Below are positions 19,981 to 30,364 of a stretch of DNA of 64,000 nt, piece after piece (position 1 is the first letter of the stretch; each line of letters opens with the position of its first letter). The translations under genes were made by a program, and so were the position numbers. The DNA comes from Thiotrichaceae bacterium UBA4486 (GTDB lineage: Bacteria > Pseudomonadota > Gammaproteobacteria > Eutrophobiales > Eutrophobiaceae), in the NCBI GenBank assembly GCA_002389045.1, contig DGNS01000013.1, forward strand, positions 155,523-219,522. Direction: 5' to 3'. Under the pieces are notes generated by a model. The model had not been told where the DNA came from. It ran no database searches and saw only the letters and a list, made by a program, of their open reading frames with translations.

Positions 19981-20450
19981 TGCAGTTCGAAACCCAGATC
20001 AATATGAAAATTTTCAAGCATGGGCAGTTTCAGACAGCGATAGCCGGTGGCCTCTTCTATACTGTCGAGGAGATTGTCAAGTTCATCATCCGTCGACGCG
20101 GCAATGACAAACCAGAGGTTATATTCATGCTGCCGTTCGTAATTATGGTTTACACCATCATACGAATTGATTATGGCAGCGATTTTCTCCAGTTCCGCTT
20201 CCGGGATCGACATGGCGACCAGCGTGCTGACCCCCAGCGAGTTGCATTTGAACACGGGCCCGATACGGCTGATGTAGCCGCGTTCCTGCAGCGATTGCAA
20301 TCGCTGTATAACCGCGTCCTCGTCAATACCGGTTTTGTCGGCCAGGTCCTGCCAGGGCCGTACGCTGAGTGGAAACTCGTGCTGGAAGTTGTTCAACAGC
20401 TCGCGATCAATATCGGCAAGCTCTTCAGGACTGGACAGGCGCTCACTCAT
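19974..20450 (-). CDS. nirD: Siroheme decarboxylase subunit NirD
   Basis: 158-aa AsnC-like paralogue. First of the D-L-G-H series, directly after nirF. Confidence 0.8.
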   Translation of the reverse strand: MSERLSSPEELADIDRELLNNFQHEFPLSVRPWQDLADKTGIDEDAVIQRLQSLQERGYISRIGPVFKCNSLGVSTLVAMSIPEAELEKIAAIINSYDGVNHNYERQHEYNLWFVIAASTDDELDNLLDSIEEATGYRCLKLPMLENFHIDLGFELQW

Positions 20451-20452
20451 TA

Positions 20453-21628
20453 TTACAATCCCGTCATGTGCGCACGTGCGGTAAAAAATATACCGCTGGG
20501 TTTTTCAACGTCAATTGCGGTGATTTGGCGAAAGCTTCCGGTATCGTAAACATTGACACGGTCGGTATCACGTACCGAGACCCATACCGCTTCACCCCGC
20601 GGAGTGAATTCCATATGCAGCACACCCTTGCCGGGTTTGAGTTCATGGACAACAGCCATGGTGCTGGCATCGATAACCTGGACCGTATCATTATCGGGTA
20701 GTGCAAAGTTGACCCAGAGATGTCGGCCATCCGGCCTGGCCATGACAAAGACCGGTTGTCCATGCACGGGAATCCGCTGCGCTTCACTCCAGTCATGGCG
20801 GTTGATGGCGATGACCTCGTGTCTGCCGACAGCGGGTACGAACAGATGGTCACCGGCTGCAGCCCAGCCTTCCAGGTGCGGCATTTTGTAGACCGGCAGT
20901 TTTTCCTCGCCGCGGCCATAATCCGGCAGTATTCTGCGAATACCCTGTTGCGGTTGCCACAAATCCACCAGGGCGAGGCCGTCCTCGCCAAAGAGGCCGG
21001 CAATGTAATAACGACCATCCGGGGTAATCAGCGCGTCATAAGGCTGATTACCTGCGCCGGTCAGTTTCAGGATTTCCGGGTTATCCCGATCCGAGAAATC
21101 GGCAATCCATATCTCTCCGGCATCAAACAGGCTGAAAACAAAGCGGTTCCCGGGAGCGTCGACCAGGCCCACCACCCTGGATACAGCATCTCCCGCACCG
21201 TGTATTGCCGGGATGTCGGCCACCGGTTGCAGGGTTTCCGAGTCGAATACCCTGACGCCACCGGGTTCGTAATTGGAAACAGCAATCAGGCGGCCGTCCT
21301 GGGAAATAGCACCCCCGATACTGTTACCGGCCTGGATTACGCGATGGCTGATTTTTTGTTCCAGCAGATCAATCTTCGTCAGGCCGCCATCACGGCCAAA
21401 AACATAGGCATAGCGGGTATCACGGGAGAACACGGCCGAAGCATGCGACAGGTCACCCAGCCCCGGTATTCTGCCCAGTACGGTATGTTGTGTGGTTTCA
21501 ACGACTGTTATGCTGCCGCTGGTCCGCTCTATGATAATACCGAGATCGCCGGTCCCGCGTACGGCTGCCCAGGCCACGAGCGTCGTTGACGCGGCAATGA
21601 ACAGTCCGGCCAACGCCCGGTATTTCAT
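20453..21628 (-). CDS. nirF: NirF, d1-type beta-propeller protein required for heme d1 maturation
   Basis: Signal/anchor followed by a NirS-like propeller with no heme c site. I chose the ATG at 21628 (MKYRALAGLF...), 2 nt after the nirC stop. Confidence 0.85.
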   Translation of the reverse strand: MKYRALAGLFIAASTTLVAWAAVRGTGDLGIIIERTSGSITVVETTQHTVLGRIPGLGDLSHASAVFSRDTRYAYVFGRDGGLTKIDLLEQKISHRVIQAGNSIGGAISQDGRLIAVSNYEPGGVRVFDSETLQPVADIPAIHGAGDAVSRVVGLVDAPGNRFVFSLFDAGEIWIADFSDRDNPEILKLTGAGNQPYDALITPDGRYYIAGLFGEDGLALVDLWQPQQGIRRILPDYGRGEEKLPVYKMPHLEGWAAAGDHLFVPAVGRHEVIAINRHDWSEAQRIPVHGQPVFVMARPDGRHLWVNFALPDNDTVQVIDASTMAVVHELKPGKGVLHMEFTPRGEAVWVSVRDTDRVNVYDTGSFRQITAIDVEKPSGIFFTARAHMTGL

Positions 21629-21630
21629 GG

Positions 21631-23731
<2,101 letters not shown>

Positions 23732-23773
23732 TTATATCGACGGGCATGCTAGGCTAACTAACGGTCAGCAGCA

Positions 23774-23787
23774 TTGACATAAATCAA
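23774..23787. promoter_or_regulatory. FNR/Dnr-type box upstream of nirS
   Basis: TTGACATAAATCAA matches TTGAT-N4-ATCAA at 9 of 10 half-site positions. Its centre is about 85 nt upstream of the nirS ATG. TAGCAT on the minus strand (23751..23746) sits about 32 nt from the centre, where a -10 element would be expected. Confidence 0.7.
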
Positions 23788-23895
23788 ATGGGAATCGGAT
23801 TGATAGTAAGTTTTTTAACAGACGAAATTAACGAGTACAGACAAAGTTTACGGCAAGTAGAGGAGCGCCGCGGCTGAAATTTCACAGTCGAGATG

Positions 23896-24642
23896 TTATT
23901 CATTCAGTAATTTCCGCAGTGCATCAGTATCAAGCAAAACGATTTCATGCCCTTTGACGTCAATTATATTGTCTTTTCTCAGCCGCGCCAGTATCCGTGA
24001 CAATGTTTCCGGTTTAATCGCAAGTCGTGATGCCAGAACGCTTTTCGGATAATCCAGGGCGATATGGGTAGCAACGGGTGAATGTTCAGGAATGGAGTTC
24101 AACAGGTGCCAGGCCAGGCGGTAGGTGGCGTTATGCAGGGTCAGGTTATCGATTTCCATGAGTTGTATATGCAGCCTTTTGCACATGGTGGCGAGCAGGG
24201 AGAAGCAGGTATCCACCGATTCCCTTAGGATATCCCTGAACCCGGCCATGTTGATCGCCAGTAACCGGGAATCCTGAATGGCGATGGCATTAACGGGATA
24301 GGTCTGGCCCTCGAAAAACGTCACTGCTTCGGCGAAAATCTGCCCTGGATCAATGATATCAATCACTTTTTCCTGACCGTTTTCAGACACCAGGTACAAC
24401 TGGATCTGACCCTTTCTTAACATATAAAAGTACTCGGCGTGGTCGCCACGATGGAACAGGTGGCGACCCGAAGCCAGGGATATGCTGTGAACCCGGGTGA
24501 GTACTTTCAACAACTGTTCATCATCCAGGGCCTTGAATAAAGGGATTGATTTGAACTCGCTGAGTAGCTCAAGGCGATTAACGGATTGATTATTATTGAT
24601 GTTTTCCACTTGACTTCGGTCAATGCTATATAATTCCGGCAA
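23896..24642 (-). CDS. Crp/Fnr-family transcriptional regulator, Dnr/NnrR type (no FNR Cys cluster)
   Basis: cNMP-binding-like domain plus a C-terminal HTH carrying the FNR-type E--SR recognition motif (PETLSRILARL). The only Cys residues are in DTCFSLLATMCK, so an N-terminal [4Fe-4S] ligand set is absent. The start is non-ATG, either TTG at 24642 or GTG at 24609. Confidence 0.85.
   Translation of the reverse strand: MPELYSIDRSQVENINNNQSVNRLELLSEFKSIPLFKALDDEQLLKVLTRVHSISLASGRHLFHRGDHAEYFYMLRKGQIQLYLVSENGQEKVIDIIDPGQIFAEAVTFFEGQTYPVNAIAIQDSRLLAINMAGFRDILRESVDTCFSLLATMCKRLHIQLMEIDNLTLHNATYRLAWHLLNSIPEHSPVATHIALDYPKSVLASRLAIKPETLSRILARLRKDNIIDVKGHEIVLLDTDALRKLLNE
24610..24623. promoter_or_regulatory. 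Perfect FNR/Dnr-type palindrome overlapping the 5' end of the regulator gene
   Basis: TTGACTTCGGTCAA is a perfect 5-4-5 inverted repeat. On the plus strand, TAGTAT at 24645..24650 lies about 31 nt from the box centre. Confidence 0.6.
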
Positions 24643-24958
24643 GTTAGTATCCGCTCTGTCAGCCGGTCAGGGATTTTAACGCAAAGAGAAAATTCTGCGA
24701 ATAAATCGATCCAGGGGCCTTTGCCAGTTGAGTATTGTATTACCTGGCGCAAACCAGGCGGCCCTGCCAATTATTCTACCCGGTCTGATGGTGAATTGAG
24801 TAAACAGCCTGGATAATGATCGGGTGGCTGGATCAACGTCTCACGCTGATTATACACCCATGAGGACAATGTCTGGTAACACGCACTGGTGGTATGTAAG
24901 CCCGGTAAATACTGATGTCCTGATCGAATAATCATTTATTAATGGAATCAATAACTTT

Positions 24959-26323
24959 ATGGCATACCAATACGTTCTTGATATTCCTGAAGATTACCGG
25001 AGAGCCCTGGCGATTAACTGGCTCTGGCTGGCGATCATCACCCTGTTGGGAGCCGGGATATTCTCGGTCTTGCTGGTACTGTCGAGGACGCCGGTAATTG
25101 GCGGGTTGATCCCGTTTACGGATTTTTTCCATACTGCACTGGTTATCCACGTTAACTTCTCCTCGCTGGTCTGGATACTTGCCTTCGCCAGTATGCTGTG
25201 GAGCCTGAACAGCCGTCCGATTTATCCTTTTGCGGGCAAGTCAATTTTCATTCTCGTCGTTACTGCGGCTGTATTTATGGCCGTATCACCGTTCCTCGGC
25301 GACAGCAGGGCATTGATGAGCAATTATATTCCGGTACTGGACAGTTCCGCGTTCCTGACCGGGCTGGGCCTGTTTGCCCTGGGTATGGGATTGCAGGTGC
25401 TGTTCAGTATGAGTTCGATGTTTCGCGTCGGTGAAACCGTGAGCGGGCAGGGGGTCATACGCTTTGGCCTGAATTGCGCGGCCATCGGCGTTTTCATGGC
25501 GCTGGCCGCGTTTGCCTGGTCCTGGATTGAGTTACCCGCCAATCTGCCCGGGGAAACCTATTACGAGGTCCTGTTCTGGGGCGGTGGTCATGTGCTGCAA
25601 TTTACCTATACCTTACTGATGATGGTCGCCTGGTTATGGCTTTCTTCAAGCGCCGGGCTGACATTACCGCTCAGCCCCAGGGTTGCCCTGTTGCTGTTTG
25701 CAGTCGGTCTTGTTTCCATCTTCCTGACGCCGGTAATTTACTATGCATACGATATAACGAGCGTGGATTACCGGGCCTGGTTCACCCGCTTGATGAGCTT
25801 CGGCGGCAGTCTGTCCGTATTCCCGCTGGCGGTCGCAATCATCTACGCCTTGTTTCAAAAACGGGCGGACGAAACCGCTGCCTCATCCGCGCGCACGGCG
25901 CTGGTCACCTCGCTACTGCTGTTCGGGGCAGGTGGAATCATCGGTTTTCTCATTGACGGCAATAATGTAAAGATTCCGGCCCACTATCATGGCTGTATTG
26001 TCGGGGTGACACTGTCACTCATGGGCTTGACCTATCAGTTGTTGCCGGCACTGGGTTTTGACAACATCAATAACCGGCTGGCAAGCCTGCAACTCTGGGC
26101 ATACTCCTGCGGCCAGTTTCTGCATATTCTCGGTCTGGTCTGGTCGGGCGGTTACGGTGTCGAGCGCAAGGTAGCCGATGCCGCGCAGGGATTCCCGTCA
26201 TCAGGTCATGTGGCGGGCATGGGCCTGATGGGGGCGGGCGGTCTTCTGGCAACAATCGGCGGATTTCTATTCATTCTGATCGTCATCCGGTCCATGGTTG
26301 CAGGCAAGCGGCATCGGGAATGA
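24959..26323 (+). CDS. Heme-copper oxidase subunit-I-like membrane protein lacking the helix VII His-His CuB/FeB ligands
   Basis: 454-aa polytopic protein that is collinear with HCO subunit I. It has a helix II His (ALVIHVNFSSLVW), a helix VI FWGGGHVLQF and a helix X PAHYHG. There is no His at all between GGGH and AHYH. Confidence 0.7.
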   Translation: MAYQYVLDIPEDYRRALAINWLWLAIITLLGAGIFSVLLVLSRTPVIGGLIPFTDFFHTALVIHVNFSSLVWILAFASMLWSLNSRPIYPFAGKSIFILVVTAAVFMAVSPFLGDSRALMSNYIPVLDSSAFLTGLGLFALGMGLQVLFSMSSMFRVGETVSGQGVIRFGLNCAAIGVFMALAAFAWSWIELPANLPGETYYEVLFWGGGHVLQFTYTLLMMVAWLWLSSSAGLTLPLSPRVALLLFAVGLVSIFLTPVIYYAYDITSVDYRAWFTRLMSFGGSLSVFPLAVAIIYALFQKRADETAASSARTALVTSLLLFGAGGIIGFLIDGNNVKIPAHYHGCIVGVTLSLMGLTYQLLPALGFDNINNRLASLQLWAYSCGQFLHILGLVWSGGYGVERKVADAAQGFPSSGHVAGMGLMGAGGLLATIGGFLFILIVIRSMVAGKRHRE

Positions 26324-26342
26324 TGCGTTGATGGTTACCGTA

Positions 26343-27308
26343 TCAACCGGAATGGTTGCGGACCTGCATGGTCAGGTTGATTACCGAAAACAGCAGCAGC
26401 ACGGCCATCAGGTTGTGCAGGGTATTGGTCCATAACGGCATATCGGCCAGGACGTTGAAGATACCCAGTGCGAATTCGGCCACGAAGACCATCACAACCG
26501 CTCTGATGGCGCCGCGCAAATGTGGATAATGTCTGCTCGCCAGCCGCCAGGATATCAACACTACTATTGCCATGACGATGGCTATGAGCCGATGAGTGTA
26601 TTGAATGATGCTGGATGAAGTATCAATCACCATACGGTCATTTTCATCCAGCGTAAGCCTGCGCAACGGATTCAGGCTGTCGGTGATGTGAGCCTTTATA
26701 TTTTCAGTATGGGAACAGGTTAACAATTCCGGGCAGGCGGAGCCGGTGTAATTGGCGCTGGCCCAGGCACCGCTGATTAACTGCAATGTCAGGGTTGCAG
26801 AGAGCAGGTAAAGTACGAAATGGCCCTCGATGATCCGGCGGGACCTCATGCGCAGGAGTTGCCGCCAGATCAGACCCGACAACACGATACCACCGAGGAT
26901 ATTGCCGAACGTGACAACGGGTAAACTGCGTGTCGGTGTCGTCATGCCGATAACGGAGAGAAAAATGACGACGAGAAACATCAGCGCCGGCAATCCGGGT
27001 GCAATAACCCTGCGATAGCGCAAGGCCAGCAACAGGATGACGAGAATATTCACGCCGAGCAGGGATGCTACGTAACGGTGCATGGCCCTGAACGTCCTGA
27101 ATTCCGAATCCGGTATTTGCAAACCCTTGATGCCATCGGCGAACGACAGCTGAGCGTAGCATTGCGGCCACGGGGAGCATCCCAGGCCGGCTTCACCCAG
27201 ACGGATATGGGTACTGAGCATGAGGATAGTCAAGGATAGTATCAGTGCAGACCCGGTCAGGCAGATGAAAATCCGTATCGGTAACCGGTATGGATTCGGA
27301 GTATTCAT
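26343..27308 (-). CDS. ctaA: Heme A synthase (COX15/CtaA family)
   Basis: 321 aa with 8 TM helices. N-terminal Cys pair (GLGCSPWPQC) and conserved His in TM helices (AMHRYVASLLG, THRLIAIVMA, LHNLMAVLL). Confidence 0.8.
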   Translation of the reverse strand: MNTPNPYRLPIRIFICLTGSALILSLTILMLSTHIRLGEAGLGCSPWPQCYAQLSFADGIKGLQIPDSEFRTFRAMHRYVASLLGVNILVILLLALRYRRVIAPGLPALMFLVVIFLSVIGMTTPTRSLPVVTFGNILGGIVLSGLIWRQLLRMRSRRIIEGHFVLYLLSATLTLQLISGAWASANYTGSACPELLTCSHTENIKAHITDSLNPLRRLTLDENDRMVIDTSSSIIQYTHRLIAIVMAIVVLISWRLASRHYPHLRGAIRAVVMVFVAEFALGIFNVLADMPLWTNTLHNLMAVLLLFSVINLTMQVRNHSG

Positions 27309-27419
27309 GAAATGCTGAATGCCGGGCGTGTTGTGGAGGTTGTTTTTTTAGATGAATTACGCGGATAATGCAAACCACACACCCGCACAATTCAATGCAG
27401 ACTTCATACCGAAAAGCCG

Positions 27420-27608
27420 ATGTTCGAAGCTATCATCTATACCACAGCCGCTGTGTTGTTATACCTGGTTTCAGACTGGATACTGCAACGACTGGAACTA
27501 CGTGCCGGCCGGCGATTTGAGCACAGAAGTTTTGTCTTTTTCTTTATAATTACAGTCCTTGCCGTCAGCAGTTTTGCCATTGTGCAGCATTTCCTGACCA
27601 ATCGGTAA
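27420..27608 (+). CDS. Hypothetical small two-helix membrane protein
   Basis: 62-aa ORF with two hydrophobic segments. It has a weak RBS and no recognisable family. Confidence 0.35.
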   Translation: MFEAIIYTTAAVLLYLVSDWILQRLELRAGRRFEHRSFVFFFIITVLAVSSFAIVQHFLTNR

Positions 27609-27824
27609 GACAACCCGGAAATTGTCCCGGCGATGTCGCCATGTCAGGCTGGCCGGGTCAAAATAGATGCGTTTAACTTGTTGAATCGTATATTAAAATA
27701 CAGAGTCATTATCTTTTTGAGTGCACTTTTGTACGCTTGCAAATGAAGCCGATACGATCTTGCCGGATCAAATTTCTGCACTGATCGCCACTGCACTTGA
27801 AATACACCTGTAGGTCATCAATAC

Positions 27825-27838
27825 TTGACCTATGTCAA
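27825..27838. promoter_or_regulatory. Perfect FNR/Dnr-type box upstream of the HCO operon
   Basis: TTGACCTATGTCAA is a perfect palindrome. Its centre is about 90 nt upstream of the first ATG (27921). TTTAAT/TAATAA at 27862..27869 sits at -10 distance. Confidence 0.7.
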
Positions 27839-27920
27839 TGACATGTGACGAATTGTCGCAGTTTAATAAGACCTGTTTAATTGAGGTCGTGATTACCACT
27901 TAATCTAGAGGGGAGGTCCT

Positions 27921-28088
27921 ATGTCGGAATCAGAAAAGGATACCAATGAAAACGAGGAAAAGATTCCCGTAATGCAACAACTGCTGGATAATCCGTTTTT
28001 ACTGCTTTTCCTGGGCGTGACCATACCCACTGTCTTCTATCTAATCTGGGGAATCATGGAGATCGTAACGATTCCGATTGCCAAATAA
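27921..28088 (+). CDS. Small single-TM protein, candidate HCO accessory subunit (ba3 subunit-IIa-like position)
   Basis: This 55-aa ORF is below the ORF-track cutoff: MSESEKDTNENEEKIPVMQQLLDNPFLLLFLGVTIPTVFYLIWGIMEIVTIPIAK. GGGGAGG lies 5 nt upstream of the ATG. It has one hydrophobic helix and lies 27 nt upstream of subunit II. Confidence 0.55.
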   Translation: MSESEKDTNENEEKIPVMQQLLDNPFLLLFLGVTIPTVFYLIWGIMEIVTIPIAK

Positions 28089-28115
28089 ATAATATCCAAT
28101 ACGGGAGATAGCACT

Positions 28116-28664
28116 ATGTCGGTTACCCCTCCACAACAAAAAGTCTGGTGGAATGAACCTGTTCCCAAATCAGAACTGATCTGGGTCATCGTCGCATTTA
28201 TCTGGGGCCTGATCATGTTTTTCATGATGGTGTACTGGCATGCTTACGGGGAGCAGAACCTGTCCAACGAATCCTATCGCATTACGGCGGAAGACTACTC
28301 CGCGAAAACGGAAGCGATGGTGGAAAAATACACGGTACGTGAAGAGTCCGGTTACCCGGTCGTGCATCCACCTCCCGGCAGCGACGTCTACCTGATTGCG
28401 CGATTATGGCAATGGTGGCCTATTCTGGAACTGGAAAAAGGGCAGACATACAGGCTGCATCTTTCATCCCTGGACTGGTTGCACGGCTTTTCCCTGCAGC
28501 CGGTCAATATCAATGTTCAGGTACACCCCGACTATGAAATGGTGATTACGACCACACCGGATGTCGCCGGAGAATACGGCATTGTTTGCAACGAATATTG
28601 TGGCATCGGACATCACCAGATGCTGGGTAGATTGTACGTCGTCGATAATGGGGAGAGTAAATAA
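28116..28664 (+). CDS. Heme-copper oxidase subunit II, single-TM, CuA-containing (B-family-like)
   Basis: 182 aa with one N-terminal TM helix and a cupredoxin domain carrying a complete CuA motif (H...CNEYCGIGHHQM). Confidence 0.9.
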   Translation: MSVTPPQQKVWWNEPVPKSELIWVIVAFIWGLIMFFMMVYWHAYGEQNLSNESYRITAEDYSAKTEAMVEKYTVREESGYPVVHPPPGSDVYLIARLWQWWPILELEKGQTYRLHLSSLDWLHGFSLQPVNINVQVHPDYEMVITTTPDVAGEYGIVCNEYCGIGHHQMLGRLYVVDNGESK

Positions 28665-30352
28665 TGGCAACCAATGAACAATACAGAATATGCCAGTCGA
28701 CCGGACTCCGGGTCTATAAATCCGCCGAGAATCTGATCAAGGCCAATGCTGTAGTGGCCGTTGTATTTCTCGCCATTGGGGGATTGTTTGGTTTGATGGT
28801 CGCATTGACACGCTGGAAAGCGGTCCACCTGCTGCCCGCTGACTGGTTCTACCTGGTGCTGACCGCACATGGCATTAATGTGCTGATTGTATGGATTATT
28901 TTCTTCGAAATGGCCGTACTGTATTTTGCTTCGGCAGTATTGCTTGGCTGCCGCCTGGCGACGCCTCGCTGGGCATGGGCCGGATTCGTGCTGATGTTGA
29001 TCGGGGCCATCATGACCAATGTCGCGGTGCTGCAGGGTGATTCCAGTGTCATGTTCACCTCCTATGTGCCATTGAAGGCGGCGCCTTCCTTCTACCTCGG
29101 TATCATCCTGTTTGCGGTAGGTGCACTGGTCGGCTGTTTCGTGTTTTTCGGCACCCTGGTTCTGGCCAAGCAGGAGCGTACCTATGAAGGTTCGGTGCCA
29201 CTGGTGACGTTTGGCGCGACCGTGGCGGCCATTATTGCCGTTTTCACCATTGCCTCCGGCGCCATTATTCTGATTCCCACATTTCTCTGGTCGTTTGGAT
29301 ATATCAGTCATATCGACACACTGATGTACAGAACCATCTGGTGGGGGCTGGGGCACTCATCACAGCAAATCAACGTTGCGGCACATATCTCCATCTGGTA
29401 CCTGATATCCGCGGTGGTGCTTGGCGCCAAGCCGTTATCGGAAAAAGTCAGCCGCGGCGCGTTCCTGCTGTATATTCTGTTCCTGCAACTGGCCAGCGCC
29501 CATCATCTGTTGGTTGACCCGGGCATCAGTTCCGAGTGGAAGGTGTTCAATACCAGTTATGCAATCTATCTCGCTGTTCTCGGCAGCATGATTCATGGTC
29601 TCACCGTGCCAGGTCAGATCGAGGCGGCGCAACGAAAGAAGGGCTTCAACAATGGTCTTTTTGAATGGTTGAGAAAAGCACCGTGGGGTAATCCCGCCTT
29701 TTCGGGAATGTTCATTTCACTGATCCTGTTCGGGTTCCTCGGTGGCATCTCCGGCGTGGTCATGGGTGTTGAACAGATTAACCTCATAATCCACAACACC
29801 ATTTATGTTCCCGGTCACTTCCATGCCACCGTGGTGGCCGGTACCACCCTGGCTTTCATGGCTGTCACTTACCTGCTGGTCCCGCTGATCTTTCAGCGGG
29901 AACTGGTTTTGCCCGGCTGGGCCAAGGTGCAACCGTACGTATTCGGTATCGGTGTTGCCGGTATATCGCTGTTCATGATGGGCGCCGGCACGCTGGGTGT
30001 GCCACGACGGCACTGGGATATATCCCAGGCGGATGCGATACTGCCCTATGACTTCCCCGGCGCGGCAAACCTGATGATGGGGTTGAATGGCCTGAGCGCG
30101 CTTCTGGCCGGTGTTGGCGGTATCATGTTCGTCGTCGTCGTCGTGGGTTCGATTCTGTTCGGCAAGAAAATCGAATCCAGTTCTGAGGTGGCGAAAACCG
30201 ATCCGGCAGCGGAGGTTGCTACCAAATACGGCAGTGAGGAACATCCATCGGTGCCCGGTACGCTGGTGCTGGTTGCGGTATTCTTCATAAGTTTCGTACT
30301 TTACTATTACGTGAACTGGAAATACCTGGCGGAAATCTGGCCGTTACGCTAA
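28664..30352 (+). CDS. Heme-copper oxidase subunit I, ba3/B-family-like, with Gln in place of the cross-linked Tyr (candidate NO-reductase-type HCO)
   Basis: 562 aa. By eye it is collinear with Thermus ba3 subunit I as I recall that sequence (VPLVTF.., APWGNPAF, HNTIYVPGHFH, GVPRRHW). All six His ligands are present (TAHGINV; WWGLGH; SAHH; PGHFH). Helix VI reads HSSQQ where ba3 reads HPIVY. The ATG overlaps the subunit II stop by 1 nt. Confidence 0.9.
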   Translation: MATNEQYRICQSTGLRVYKSAENLIKANAVVAVVFLAIGGLFGLMVALTRWKAVHLLPADWFYLVLTAHGINVLIVWIIFFEMAVLYFASAVLLGCRLATPRWAWAGFVLMLIGAIMTNVAVLQGDSSVMFTSYVPLKAAPSFYLGIILFAVGALVGCFVFFGTLVLAKQERTYEGSVPLVTFGATVAAIIAVFTIASGAIILIPTFLWSFGYISHIDTLMYRTIWWGLGHSSQQINVAAHISIWYLISAVVLGAKPLSEKVSRGAFLLYILFLQLASAHHLLVDPGISSEWKVFNTSYAIYLAVLGSMIHGLTVPGQIEAAQRKKGFNNGLFEWLRKAPWGNPAFSGMFISLILFGFLGGISGVVMGVEQINLIIHNTIYVPGHFHATVVAGTTLAFMAVTYLLVPLIFQRELVLPGWAKVQPYVFGIGVAGISLFMMGAGTLGVPRRHWDISQADAILPYDFPGAANLMMGLNGLSALLAGVGGIMFVVVVVGSILFGKKIESSSEVAKTDPAAEVATKYGSEEHPSVPGTLVLVAVFFISFVLYYYVNWKYLAEIWPLR

Positions 30353-30364
30353 CGCGGGCTGTCG

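Noticed and set aside
24940-24953. ATTAATGGAATCAA, an FNR-like half-site match just before the CuB-less HCO gene
   Set aside because: Only one half-site matches, and it ends 6 nt before the ATG. That is too close to act as an activating site.
24959-26323. Calling the 454-aa HCO paralogue NorB (cNOR catalytic subunit)
   Set aside because: The size is NorB-like, but the helix VII His-His pair and the NorB Glu after the helix VI His are absent, and there is no adjacent norC.
28613-29356. 247-aa minus-strand ORF inside HCO subunit I
   Set aside because: It is antisense to a coding frame with complete heme and copper ligand sets. The product is highly charged and Gly/Gln/His-rich with no TM or domain logic.
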